Origin: Squalus acanthias
Lineage: Eukaryota
Length of the DNA: 64,000 nucleotides
Direction of reading: 5' to 3'
NCBI GenBank assembly: GCA_030390025.1
Contig: JASTWF010000326.1
Span: 1-64,000 of the forward strand
Shown here: positions 12,377-25,544 of the stretch, piece after piece
Numbering within the stretch: the first letter of the stretch is position 1
Layout of the letters: each line of letters begins with the position of its first letter
Notes under the pieces: generated by a model
Told to the model about the DNA's origin: nothing
What the model saw: only the letters and a program-made list of their open reading frames with translations
The model's database searches: none
Translations under genes and position numbers: made by a program

Positions 12377-13857
12377 CAAAGAATTGTAGTTACTTTAACA
12401 TCCTTTTTTCTTCTTTTTTTTATTTGTTGGTTTTGTTGAATTATATATTTTTTTTAATTGTAAATATTGGTAACATTATGAGAGAAACTGGCTTTGAGTT
12501 ACTAGATCTGAATGTGATGGAGCTGATTTTGTATCAGTCAATAGAGTACTGACAATTTAGTGATTGTGGTAACTTATGTGTCGATCAGTGATCTGGAAAG
12601 AGCAAAAAGATATTTACCTTGAATTTATGCTGTGGTTCTCCCAATCTCCATTTCTCCAGGCTTTCCACTGATCTTCTGCCAAAATTATGGCAGAACAGGA
12701 AAATTCTGCACAAATTAAGTTATTCATATTTCTCAGCAACTGCTTGATTTTGAATAGGGGCTGACAGCTGAAGATTTTAAGAAAGTTACTACTTGCTGTG
12801 TTAACAACTCAAAACTAATTTACACCATATCCTTGAAAAGGTAATAATAATGAACATTTAATAACTTGCCATTCTACAGATACAAGGCACAAAGTCTTGC
12901 TGACATCTAATCTGAACCATGTTGACCACACCAGCACATGCAGCGATTTGTGGAGAAAGGTATGGGCTCTGAATCGCCAGGTTCCAGCAGTACAAATGCT
13001 TTATGAAAAACGAATTGCGCAAATTGCATACAATCTTCCAACACAAACTGCTAGGTGTAACCCCATTTTATTTTCAATCTTTCTTAATTAAATTACCTCA
13101 GTTCTGGAGATACTCAAAGCCCCTATGGCCTAAGCGTGGAAATCAATGAAATTTAATTTGCCTTTACGCACTGTACAGAAATGCTCAAGTCCCATGCCAG
13201 ATGCGCAACATTTGAATACAGCGATATGGTGAGTTCCACCAATTGTTTAATCATACTTAACTCTGCTGAAGGTACTTACATTGGTTAGAAAGTTGAAGAC
13301 TGAGTGAGTATTGTGCTGATAACTGTAGTAAAGGAACAAGTCTGGTATCAGCATGGTCCAACCTGCACCAGTTCCTTCAACTCACAAAGCAGCAAGAGGA
13401 TGTATCTCTTAAGAAATAGCACAATGTTTCATTAGTTGCTGCTTGGTCTGCCATGCTGAAGTTCATATTTGCAAAAATGGAAATTAGTTAAGCGTGAAGC
13501 ACACAAGTAGAAGCAGACAGATTGCTTTCACTTCAGCCTCTGCTCACTCATCAGGAAGCACAGAAAATGACAAGATGCTGAACAACAGAGAAGACCCAAG
13601 GATACAAAACTGAAAATATAAAATAAGGTACAAGAAATTAGAAAAGAAAACCTAAGGAGGAAAACCAAAAGAACAGGAAGAAATTGAGGAGAAAGAAGAG
13701 ATTACATTTTTTTTTAAATCAAAGAAAAACAAACAGGGCCAAGAGCAGGCACAGCCATGCAAAAATGAATGAGAAAGTCTTTGATGTAGGGAAAGATTTG
13801 AATACATTTTTTCTGTGTTTATATTGTGAATTCTGGGAGATTCTCTCACAGCTACTC

Positions 13858-13893
13858 TACCTGAGGAAGGAGCGACAGCTCCGAAAGCTTGTA
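13858..13893 (+). ncRNA. Minimal type I hammerhead ribozyme (family A)
   Basis: UAC-CUGAGGA-A-GGAGC(GACA)GCUCC-GAAA-GC-UU-GUA: core CUGANGA and GAAA, 5-bp stem II, palindromic stem III, UAC/GUA stem I. Confidence 0.8.
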
Positions 13894-13981
13894 ATTTTAA
13901 ATAAATCTGTTGGACTATAACCTGGTGTTGTGCGACTTCTCATTTTTGTCCACCCCAGTCCAACGCCGGCATCTCCACATC
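13858..13981 (+). mobile_element. PLE family A terminal repeat, solo copy
   Basis: Near-identical to 56204-56328 and 44038-44137, the latter adjacent to a GIY-YIG C-terminal fragment. Confidence 0.85.
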
Positions 13982-14261
13982 AAAAATAAAGTAAGCACAG
14001 TGGTCCCTTATTAATCTGACAATACATCATCTAAATGTATAGCACCCTTGTTCCTGCTGTATCTTCCAAACCGTAAAATTCACTACTCAAAAGAAATGAA
14101 AATATTTATTACAAGAAGATGAACTTAATTAATCAGTAGTGCATTGAAGTTCAATATACAGAATACTGTTAACACAATCAATATACACACTACAGTAAAA
14201 TCAACCCACTTTCAAAAAATATACTGTTCTAGATTGGGCTTTCTCCAACAACCACTTGTTT

Positions 14262-14650
14262 TATTAATTCCCAGGATGTGGGTATCGCTGACAAGACCGG
14301 TATTTATTGCCCATCCCCAGTTCCCCTCAAGGTAGTGGTAGCCTTCTTCTTGACCACTGCAGTCCATGTGGTGAAGGCACCCCCACAATGCTGTTGGGCA
14401 GTGAGTTCCAGGATATTGATCCAGCAACAATGAAGGAACGGTGACGCAAGTCCAAGTTAGGATGGTATGTAACTTGCAGGGGAATTTCAAGGTGATGGTG
14501 CTCCCATGCATGTGCTGTCCTTGTCCTTCTGGATGGTGGAGGTTGTGGTTTTGGGAGGTGCTGCTTAAGAAGCCTTGGAGAGTTCCTGCAGTGCATCCTG
14601 CAGATAGTACACACTGCTGCCCCAGTACTCTGATGGTAGAGGGAGTGGAT
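14262..14650 (-). mobile_element. 3' fragment of the LINE family at 31780-34922
   Basis: Reverse-complement similarity to ~34560-34920. Confidence 0.8.
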
Positions 14651-14989
14651 GTTTGTCCTTGATAGTTTCATCTCTTGGGTACTTTGCCACCTTTCCCCAC
14701 CCCCCAACTATTGCAACTTCTCGTTACTCCCCTGCCTTCCTACTCTCCTGTCACCATGCTTGAATCCATCTTGGATAAGGCCACAGCTACCCTCTGTGCG
14801 TCCCTTGGCACTCTCACTGCCTCCTTACAAGCAGCAACCCCAGCTGCCCCATCCTCCTCTCACTGATATTCCTGCTGAGTGTGCCTGCTGGGGACTAACT
14901 TTCCTCACCTCCTTTATGTCCAACTCATCACCCCACCCCCTCCCCACACCTAGCTGCTTGAACTCTGCCAGTAGATTAACAATCGTCAC

Positions 14990-15800
14990 CCCGCTCTGCA
15001 CTTTCCTCCAAAATGTCTGTTCACTCACAGACAAGGTCCTTGTTATCCATGACCTTATTGCGGAGGATTGCACCGACATCCTGGCTTGGACTGTGAAGGG
15101 GTTCAAAGTTAGATTAGCGGCTTAACTGACTAGCTGGCTGATGTAATAAAGGAGAAGTCTGGCAGAACAAAGACAGTTGGAAAAAGCATATTCCATGATG
15201 ATTGGGGCAGTAAAAGAATCAAGGAGGCCATACATTGAATAATGGGCCACCAAGATGTGATTTGCGAAGATGAGGTTAAACGTACGTAAATTGGACAGAA
15301 CAATGGCAGATGTGGAAACAGGGCAAATGAGATAAACAAGATGTGTTTTGTGGAGATGTGATTAAGCGTATGTGACTTGGACAATTAATTGGCCAAGTCC
15401 CGAAGATGTGAAGGAAACAAGATGTAAGATTGTATATAAACCAACTGCTCGAATGTAAAAATTAGACTCCCGTCTCAGCTCAGACTGAGAGGGCCTCTCC
15501 CTGCACGTGTTTGAATAAAGATCGCTTGGAACCAGTACACGCTCATCTCCGTCTGCTTTGGGACAGAGAGAAATCCCTCAACAGACTGAAACTTGGCTCA
15601 CGGGTGGTAACACCTTTCCCCTTACCAAAAGTATACTTTCCATCACCTGTCCTGCCCAAATTGCTGCAATGGTGCTGTGGCCCTTACCACAAGTTACACC
15701 CCTACTCCTCTAGTACCTTCTCCTTCGAGCACCTTAGCTTCTTCCACCTCTCTTGCCTCTCCTTTAAAATCTACATTGTCTACCACTCCCTCATGCTCCA
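14990..15800 (+). mobile_element. L2-type LINE ORF2 start (APE endonuclease), split by a solo LTR
   Basis: LQNVCSL...DILAWT|ETWL endonuclease motif rejoined across 15092-15583. Confidence 0.7.
15092..15583 (+). mobile_element. Solo LTR (492 bp)
   Basis: TGTGAAGGG...CCCTCAACA termini, TATA box (TATATAAA ~15433), AATAAA ~15514, GAC(T) duplicated at flanks, cleanly interrupts an L2 motif. Confidence 0.8.
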
Positions 15801-16254
15801 CGCAAATTTTAACGTTTGTATTTTTATTTGCTGTGATTTTTAAACATAGAAATGATCCAAGCCAATACTTTCCAGGAGATTGCAGTCTCACTGTGCCACT
15901 TTTGAAACCTGTGGAGCTGCCAGTCACTTGCTTTCAAATCACGACAGCTGAGGCCTTTTGCAAATACTTTAGCTCTAACTTTTAGAATAAGCCTGCTGAT
16001 GGGCGTGCTGTGTTGCCTTTTCTGCACAAACCTTGTCTTCGATGTCTAATCAAGATCACTGTTCTTTGACAGTCCCAGCTTCTTGCACTGCAGCATCTTT
16101 ATAATCTGGTCAAATTTAGCACAGCATTTAGCATTTCTTCCTCTGCAATCCAGCAACAAAAATCTTATCTTGTGACTCCAAGCTCCTGATAAATGTTACA
16201 TATCTCTTCCTATTCTTTTGTACTGGAAGAAAAGTAATTGCTGCAATTGCACTA

Positions 16255-16560
16255 GCTGCATTTGGACAGATAGGAGTGGAAACACTTTAATGCAGTTCCA
16301 TAGAACTGACCCACAGAAGAGAGACAATAGAGGATGGAATGGTCCACCATAGAAAATGTTGTGGAGAGGTGAAGAAGGCCTTTGGCTGGGGTAGTCCTGG
16401 TGCTGTAAATTGGACTAAAAGGAATGAAGCATAGAGTTTTGGACAAGATGGACATAGAGTTGCATGATGAAAAGACGTTCAAAAGACCTGGGAGAAAAAA
16501 GGAAAGTATGAGATGGAACGATAGTTGGAGATGACAGATGGGTTGAAAGTGAGGAGGTGG
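16255..16560 (-). mobile_element. L2-type LINE RT fragment, decayed
   Basis: LLHLSTTFSMVDHSIL...GTALKCFHSYLS resembles the L2 RT motif LLDLSAAFDTVDH...WFxSYLS. Confidence 0.65.
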
Positions 16561-16696
16561 CAAGAATGGCTATATATTCTACAGCTGATGGTATTCTCTG
16601 GTTCTTTTTCCTTCATTCAGAGGTTCCACAGAGCTCTGTCCTCTCTATCATTCTGTTGCTTTTTCGATGGGGCAGTGAAATGTTTTCCTTCCCTAT

Positions 16697-17750
16697 TCAT
16701 AGAGTCATAGAGTCACATGGCACAGAAGGAAGCCATTCAGCCCATCAAGTCCATGGCAGCTCTCTGTGGTGCAATCCATGCAGTCTCTTTCCCCCTCTCT
16801 ATCCCCGTAGCCCTGCAAGTTTATTTCCCTCAAGTGCCTATCCAGTCTCCCCTTGAAAACATTGAGCGTCTCCGCTTCCACCACTTCCGTCTGCAGCGAA
16901 TTCCAGGTCACCACTCGCTGCGTAAAAAAGTTTTTCCTCACACCCCCCCCCTGTATCTCTTGCCCAAAACCTTAAACCTGTGTCCCCTAGTCCTTGTACC
17001 ATCAACTAGTGGGAACAGCCTTTCCCCGTCGAGCCTATCTAAACCTGTCATAATCTTGTACACCTCTATCAAATCATCCCTCAACCTCCTTTGCTCTAAT
17101 GAAAACAAATCCAGCTTCTCCAGCCTGTCCTTGTAGCTAAGATCCCTCATCTCCGGAACCATTCTGGTAAATCTCCTCTGCATCCTCTCAAGGGCCTTCA
17201 CATCCTTCCTAAAGTGTGGTGAACAGAACTGGACACAATACTCCAGTTGTGGCCTAACCAGCGCTTTATAAATGTTCAGCATAACTTCTCTACTTTTGTA
17301 CTCAACACCTCTATTTATGAAGCCTAAGATCCCATATGCTTTGCTAACCACTCTCTCAATATGTCCTGTCACCTTCAGGGACCTATGCACATTAACTCCC
17401 AGGTCCCTCTGTCCCTGCACACTCTTTAAAGCTGTGCCATTAAGTGTATATTGCCTCTCCCTGTTCCTTCTGCCAAAATGCATCACCTCACACTTCTCTG
17501 TATTAAATTCCATCTGCCACTTGTCTGCCCATTCTGCTAGCCTTTCTATGTCCTGTTGCAGTCAATTGGTAACATCCTCACTGTTTGCCACACCCCCAAG
17601 TTTGGTTTCATCGGCAAATTTAGAAATTCTACTCTGTATTCCAATATCCAGGTCATTTATAAATATCAAAAAAAGCAGTGGCCTCAGCACTGACCCTTGG
17701 GGAACACCACTGTCTACCATCCTCCAGTCTGAAAAACAGCCATTTACCAC
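16697..17750 (-). mobile_element. CR1 LINE 3' portion, young subfamily
   Basis: [29 protein letters not shown]; near-identical to 45680-46730 and 63260-64000. Confidence 0.95.
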
Positions 17751-17754
17751 AATC

Positions 17755-18140
17755 TCATTGAAACTTAAGATTCTGAGGGGGATTGTCCAGGTCCATGCCG
17801 AGAGGTTGTTTCCCCTAGCTGGAGAGTCTAGGACTAGGGGGCATATTCTCAGGATAAGGGGTCAGCCATTTAAGACTGAGATGAGGAGGAATTTATTCAC
17901 TCAAGAGGGTTGTGAAACTTTGGAATTCTCTACCCCAAAGGCTGTGGATGCTGAATCGTTGAGTATATTCAAGGCTGAGAAAGATAGATTTTTGGACTCT
18001 TGGGGAATCAAGGGATATGGAGATATGGGCAGGAAAGTGGAGTTGAGGTTGAAGATCGAAGATCAGCAATGATCTTATTGAATGGTGGAGCAGGCGCGAA
18101 GGGCCGAATGGCCTACAGCTGCTCCTATTTCTTATGTTCT
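17755..18140 (+). mobile_element. CR1 LINE 3' end
   Basis: [18 protein letters not shown], tail GAATGGCCTAC.GCTGCTCCTATTTCTTATG. Confidence 0.85.
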
Positions 18141-18159
18141 TAAATGGAACTCCCACATC

Positions 18160-20190
18160 TTCTCAGTATCCCCATATCCCTTGATTCCCTTAGTAACCAA
18201 AAATTTATCGATCTCTGTCTTGAATATACTCAATGACAGAGCATCCACAACTCTCTGGAGTAGAAAATTCTAAAGATTCACAACCCTTTGAGTGAAGAAA
18301 TTTCTCCTCACCTCAGTCCTAAATGACCGACCCCTTATTCTGTGACTGACCCCTAGTTCTCGACGTCCCAGCCAGGGGAAACGTCCTCCCTCCCAGAATC
18401 TACCCTGTCAAGCCCCTTAAGAATTTTGGCCCAGAAATTCGTGTGTCCAGCTTGCCGCGGGGGTAAGGATCGCGCGCGCTCTTACCTACCTCGCCTGCCA
18501 TTGTGTTTTGGGCCCACGGGAACTTCGGGTCCTGGGCCTCTCCCAACTGCCGGCGCGCAGTGCTTGCGTGTTCCAGGGGCGCAGTTAGTGCGATGCGACC
18601 CCTGGGATCACGTGGGCCATGGAGAGCCAATGGCAGCAAACCATCTTTCATTCATAGATTTGACAGGAGACCTGTCAAATCTGTGAATTGAAATCGGCCC
18701 CAAAAGAACAGCTAAACTTAAAATAAATTTTTTTAAAAAACCATCATATTTATAAAATAACTAAAATTAAATAAATTAGCCACTTTAAATAAAAATTTAA
18801 ATTTTTGAAAAAATTAAAATACTTTAAAAGTTATAAAAATAAACTTACCTTTCTTTAAAGTATCTAAAAAAGATAAACCTGTTGAAAAAAATTTGAAATT
18901 ATACTTAATTAACCACTTACCTTGTTCAAAACGTGTGTTGCGCTTCCTTTTCATTAGCGTAGTATCTTCCATACTTAATTTCGCGTAGAAACCTGAAAAA
19001 AAATCTAAGTGTGCTGCGTGCGCGCAGCCTCTAGCGCGCACGCGGTTCACCTGGGAACCGCCCCCTTCACCATACCGGAAGTTCCGGTTTCCCGCGCATG
19101 CGCAGTGCATGCAGGAAACCGGCACTTCGGGAAGCAATACGGGTGAGTACACAGTCCGTACTCACCCGGGAAGGGCCGAATTTTTGGACCATCATATGTT
19201 TCAATCAGATCACCTCTCATTCTTCTAAACTCGAGGCAATATAGGCCTAGTCTACTCAATCTCTCCTCATTGGACAATCCCCTCATCCCAGAAATCAGTC
19301 TAGCGAACCTTCATTGCACTCCCTCCAAGGCAAGTATATCCTACCTTAGGGTAAGGAGACCAAAACTGTACATAGTACTCCAGGTGTGAGCTCACCAAGG
19401 CCCTTTTTAATTGTTGTAAGACGTCTTTACTCTTATACTCCAATCGCTTTGTAATAAAGGTCAACATACCATTTGCTTTCCTAATTGCTTGCTGTACCTG
19501 CACATTAACTTTCTGTGATGTGTACAAGGACACCCAGGTCCCTCTGAATACCAACATTTCCCAATCTCTCACTGCTTAAAAAATATTCTGCTTTTCTATT
19601 TTTCCTACCAAAGTAGATAACTTCACACTTCGGCACATTATATTCCATCTGCCATATTCCTGCCCACTCACTTATCCTGTCTATATTGCTTTGCAGCCTC
19701 TTTGCGTCCTCCTTACAGCTTACTTTCCCACCTAACTTTATATCGTCAGCAAACTTGGATACATTATACTTGGTCCCCTCATCTAAGTCATTGATATAGA
19801 TTATAAATAGCTGAGGCCCAAGCATTGATCCTTGCGGTACCCGACTAGTTAAAGCCTGCCAACCTTAAATGACCCATTTACTCCTACTCTCTGTTTTCTG
19901 TCCATTAACCAAACCTCTATCGATGCTAATATAGTATCCCCAATCCCATGAGCCCTAATTTTGTGTAATAACCTCTTGTGTAGCACCTTACCGAATGGTT
20001 TTTTGAAAATCCAAACACACAACATCCACTGGTTTTCCCCTTATCTACCGGTTTTCCCCTTATCTACCCTGCTAGTTACAACCTCAAAACTATTAGATTA
20101 GTCAAACACGATTGACTCTGCCCAACCATATTATGATTTTTTAAGTGCCCTGTTACCACATCCCTAAAAATAGATTCTAGCATTTTCTTT
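18160..20190 (-). mobile_element. CR1 LINE RT region interrupted by a MITE
   Basis: LGPQLFIIYINDLD, KFADD, CEVIYFG, RRMRGDLIETY. Confidence 0.9.
18427..19191. mobile_element. Non-autonomous TIR element (MITE-like, possibly Harbinger type)
   Basis: Imperfect TIRs TGGCCCAGAAATTCG / CGAATTTTTGGACCA, GC-rich arms with AT-rich core, splits a CR1. Confidence 0.7.
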
Positions 20191-20691
20191 TGCTAGTTTA
20201 CTCTCATATTCTCTTCTCTCTTTATCAATTTATTGGTCATCCATTGCTGAATTCTAAAACCTTCCCAAACCTCAGGCTTATTACTCTTTTTAGCAACATT
20301 GTAAGCCTCTTCCTTTAACTTCTCTTGTTAGCCACGGTTGGACCACTTTTCCCACGATGCTTTTATTCCTTAAGGGAATGTATATTTGTTGCAAATTATG
20401 AATTAATTCTTTAAATGTTTGCCACATAATAGGATCCTAACCAATGTGGTCTCATCTCACTCTGATTTCTTGGTGGTGTTACAACATTGTGGTTAGAATA
20501 ATGAGACTGAACTGAAATTTCTTAGTCCTACCAATGTCATAATGTAGAGAGTCTTACCCACATTGAATAGATTCAGTTGTGAAGAACTTCAAAGAAAGAA
20601 AAGATCAAAGGACACTAATGGTAAAATTACACCCATTCTTTTCCGTATATTTTTCCCTTTTACAGTGCTTCTGCTCACACTTTGTACTTAC

Positions 20692-20697
20692 GTGAAG
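20692..20697 (-). CDS. Candidate 6-nt microexon (CTTCAC) of unidentified minus-strand gene
   Basis: Minus strand reads TGCTAAT (branch point)...TTCTTCATTTTGCTTTTCATGTTTTAG|CTTCAC|GTAAGT; frame-preserving. Confidence 0.55.
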
Positions 20698-23600
20698 CTA
20701 AAACATGAAAAGCAAAATGAAGAATTATAAAATTAGCATATCAAAGTTGACACTGCACCACACAACTGTTCCATTATATTCTGCTGGGATGTGGGCTGGA
20801 ATGAGAAAAGGATAAGCAATTCATCCATCTTAGTCTATTACTGTATTTTTTCCCTACCCCAAACTTAAATCCCTTTACTCCCCATTGAATAGACAATTGA
20901 CCTAATTCACTTTTGGACTCTTCAACTAAATCAGTATTCACACAAGCAGGTACCAGACTATGCATCAGAATAGAAACTTCCAGCCACAGTTACTTCTTAG
21001 ACGAAGTTTATATTTTGACTTCTTTAGCAGATAGTCATTTATCCCAATTCTTTCATTCTGATTTTACACAGAATACTTTCACCGTTTCAAATCCCTTTTT
21101 CATTATTTTAATAACATGAACATTTCCTCTCACTATTTTATTTGTAATGAGAATAGGTTTACCTTCCTCAGCCTTTTCTTCTTGATACCAGGAATAATCC
21201 TTGCTGCTCATCTTTGAACCCTTTGATATAATATTCAATTTAATATTGGAGTAATACTAGGGTATATTATATATATCAATATGCGAACTGAAGACTTGCA
21301 AAACTGTTCAACCTAGGGAAACAGTTACTTTCCTGTGCTTATCACAGTAAGAGTTAAGTATGGTACATCTAATCTATTTATCTACATTATTTATAATATT
21401 GAGAACAGAAGAGGTCACAGGACTTAATCTTAGGTACACTGCTGGATGCAATGTTTGAACTATCATCAATCACTACCCTGTTTCCTATTAGTGACCTAAT
21501 TAGTCAAAACATTTTTAACATTCACTTTTTTTTTTATATGAAGAGTTTTCACTTGAGCCACAAATTCTGAGATACCTCATCAAATATCTTCTTCGTCAAG
21601 ATATAGACAGACCATCTACCACAAAGTCAAAATATAAACACCTTGAATTTCCCTGGGGGTTTGTCCAATCTCCTACCCTGAGTTTGGTGGAAGATTGGTG
21701 GTAACCTTGCAGAAATGGCATAAACACACATTTACACGGTTTCTGCAAAAGCTATAGTGGGAGGTGGGGAAAACCACCACCGATATTCTACCCCAAATTA
21801 TCTACCACCTAACCTGCATCGACCAATTAAGTTACATTCTCAAAGAATGCTAATAAATGTGTTGTTAGGAATGACCTGTCTTTTAGAAACCTGCTTCTAA
21901 TCCAATTAAATCCAATTGAAATAGTTCCTTTAAAATAGATTTGATTGTTTATTTTACCTTATCAAACTAACAGGCCTATAATTGTCCAGATCATGTTTCT
22001 GGTTTCTTTTAAAGAAAACTGAAACATCAGTAACATTTAATTGCTCAAAGATCCCTTGCAGTTTTTCAGTGTTTCTGTGTATGCACATCTAACATTTAGA
22101 GTTCACTGTATTGCAAAAATTAGTAACCATCATTTGTCGTACATATTGTACGTGATTAATAATCAGGTCATCAGGAAGAAAAATCAGGGATAAACCCATT
22201 TTATCCAATGTTGGGCAAGAATCTCAAAATTCTTCTGCAATCTTCAAGGGCAATTAAGCAAGGCTTCAAGAAAATACTGTTTATCAATTTCAATACAGTA
22301 ATTTAACACAATCTTTCCTAACAAAAATAACACAATGTTGTTACAGGAAAAAAAATTCCCCTGCAGAGAAAATCAGCAACTTTTACCAAACAACTTCTAA
22401 TTCTTTCTGTCTCACTGCCATTCATTTTCTGTGATATATTGAAAATGGTTGCAATTTAATTCTAATTACACATAGACTTCAACTTCAATACATATATCTA
22501 ATTTGAATCTACAACACTCGCTTGTAAACATGCATTTCATGTGGAAAAAATGCCTTTTCATTTACCATATATAATGCATACTATACAACAGTACACTATT
22601 AAGTCAAGCATATCAGGTTATACCATGCAGTTTCGCAGTATGATATGTTAGCAAGTATATAATTATAAACTCTACTTGTAATGAAAAAACCAGGAACAAT
22701 TTATCCCCGACAACAGGTCTGAAAAGCACCAAGGGTGAAGGTACCTATTTATAAGTCACTACTAGATCAGTTAATGGTGCTTCATTAAAGGAGACAATTA
22801 TCTATACTGAAGAATATATACTCAGGAACTCAAATACATTGACCACCTTTGAATAGTGATTTTGTTTTACACCTCACAATGTACTACACAGGCTTTGTAA
22901 TGCAATATGTACATTCTTCTTTATAATAAGCTATGTATCTGCAGGTTTACACGCAATACTGTACCACACATGGATTATATACCATTCTGAAGTTCAGTAA
23001 TTACTTCATCCAATCCGAATGCCCACCACCACAATGTGTGTTCCTACAATCAGGTCATTTATGCAGATTAGGCTCAACACTAAATCCCTGGGAACGTAAA
23101 CACTGGCATAAAACAAGCGTACATTCGCATTAAAAAAAGTGGGACCAATGAAAGTGCCAAATTTACTCCTCCTTTAAGTCCCCCGTTATGCATGAAAATT
23201 CAAATTTGAGCCGTTAAACCATCATTTATGCACATTAGGCACAGCATGTTTAAGTAAATGTAATAATGGAAGTTTCAGTTTTTAATGCAAATCATTTTAA
23301 TGTCAGAGCGATGCATTCAAAGACACAGAAAATATATTGTGGGTCTTCGTGAGAGTTTTAAAAAAAAAATTGCAATAAAGCACCAGAAATATGACTTTAG
23401 GCCCTGTTGCACCTAATATTTCAGGTGTAAATTTACAGTCCATTCAGAACAGGCATAAATTCAAGAAATTCGCATGTGCTGCACTTTTGTATGGGGGAGG
23501 GGATATAGCGATGTTAATAAGCAGCGGAGAGTTTTGGAGGAGGTTTCACACAGTGTAAGGGCAAGGGGAAATTAAGGCATAACGTAAAAACTGGCATAAA

Positions 23601-23899
23601 TCACATATCCAAATTGCAACAATGTTTTACGCTGAAAATCGCTATTATGCGTTTTCAGGAAATTCCACAAGGCAGAACTTTCAACTGAGGTAGGGTTGTT
23701 TAAACGGGTGATAAAGGATCGGCTGCCTGTTATACAACCCCTCCTGCCACCCAAGAAATCCGATTCAATATCCCCAGCTACACGCCCTAGCAAACTTGAA
23801 AGTTCTGCCGATGGCATCAGATGATTCATATATCTACCAGGACCAAAACACCAGGCCTCAACAGAAGCTGGCTTTGAGTTAGATTTTTTACTGGTATTA

Positions 23900-24155
23900 A
23901 ACAACAACAACTTGTATTTATATATAGCACCTTTAAAATAGTAAAATGTCCCAAGGCGCTTCACAGGAACATCATCAAACAAATTTTGACACTGAGCCAC
24001 ATAAAGAGAAATTAGGGCAGATGACCAAGAGTTAGGTTTTAAGGAGCGTCTTAAAGGAAGAGAAAGGTAGAGAGGCAGAGAAGTTTAGGGAGGGAATTCC
24101 AGAGCTTCGGGCCTTGGCAGTTGAAGGCACAGCCACCACTGGTGGAGCAATTATA
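23900..24155 (-). mobile_element. L2-type LINE 3' end
   Basis: GGCAFNCQGPKLWNSLP and tail GGTGCTATATATAAATACAAGTTGTTG. Confidence 0.8.
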
Positions 24156-25544
24156 ATCTGCAGAGAACATTCCTGCTCCATCAGTAACCGTATCATTCTG
24201 GTATAAATTCTCAGGTATCAAATTTGTTACCTTAGTATTTATACCCATGAGGTATCTCTCTGGTATAAATGCTCAGGTAACAATTTGAGGTTTTGGATTG
24301 TCCTGGTAATAGTGACCTTGGAACACTCCTGTGCATTACAACATACATGGATATTCCAAAACAAAGAACTATTTTCACCATTCTGCAAATGTGCAGAGCT
24401 TCCTGTCTTCATACATCTGTTACCGTTAGGAAAATGTCATAAATGGGGCAGCTGTGATATTAACTGTGCAGTTCCAACTTCAGTTCAAGCACGTAAAAAA
24501 ATAGGCTAATAGAGTCTGTAATTTAAGATCTTCTTATACAAGGAACCATTGTCAGAATGTCCTATAATCCCCTTGGAATACAATTCCTAATCCAATAAAG
24601 AAAGTAAAATTTTGATGGGTAGAATCTCCTGTGAAACACTGAGCCTGTTATTCACGGTCCATTTACTGAAGGTTGCACTAAGAACAGGTTTCAAAGCTTC
24701 ATTTCTGGCTGTGTGATTTGTGGTATATAATTAATGAATTAAACCCCAGTGCTACAGACAGGAAATGTTCATGGTTACCTAACAAATACTGCAATGCAAT
24801 GAAGGCATTCTCCAAGCGCTGCCGACTAGACACAAGAGACCAAAACTTTTAGAACTGCTGTATAATTCTCATTGTTGAAGGAAGCACCAGAATTGGAGAT
24901 TAACTTTTTTTTAAAATTAATACCATCAGCCCTTTAGGTAATTAATTTCCTTTATACCTTACAAAACACAGGTGCTTTCTGCTACTCCTAAACAGTACAC
25001 AAAAAAAATCTCCTTCCTGACACTGATCACTTAAAACAAATAAAATGTACCACCATTCTACATTAGAGTAGTGGATGTCCTCTAACAATACCCTATAATG
25101 AATGTCCTTACATCTTCAAAGCTTAAGGCAATATGAAACACTCATGTCTTGTGAATATGGGCATATCTCAGACAGCCTACAAGACCTAAGCTATTAATCC
25201 ATTTAAACAAATGTAAGGATTTGCCACTGTATGTCATAAGTATGCATAAGGAATATTGCTACAGTAAAGAAACACTGCTCATTGTTTAAAAGCGAGATGT
25301 TGTATTCAATTTAGTATTCAGTAGAAGTACCAAAGGCTGCAGGAGCAGGTCCTGTTTAGAATGAGGCAATTACATTGACAATACCCCTGCTGCACTAAAT
25401 AAGCTTCTTCACACACTCAAGCCTATTTCTGAAGAGATGTAAGTAGTCTTCAAAATAGAGACTCTTACATAAGCTGCTGAATTCAGACTGTCTTTGTCTT
25501 TTCTACTTTTCAGGCTGCTGGATTCTGTTTCACTTTGTCAACCT

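Noticed and set aside
17272..18072. 266-aa plus-strand ORF, the longest in the window
   Set aside because: Antisense shadow of one CR1 fused by chance to a neighbouring CR1 fragment
20031..20068. 19-bp tandem duplication in CR1; similar 17-bp one near 35481
   Set aside because: Routine slippage duplications
20774..21238. Short minus-strand ORFs that look protein-like
   Set aside because: Interrupted by stops, no convincing splice sites, no family recognised
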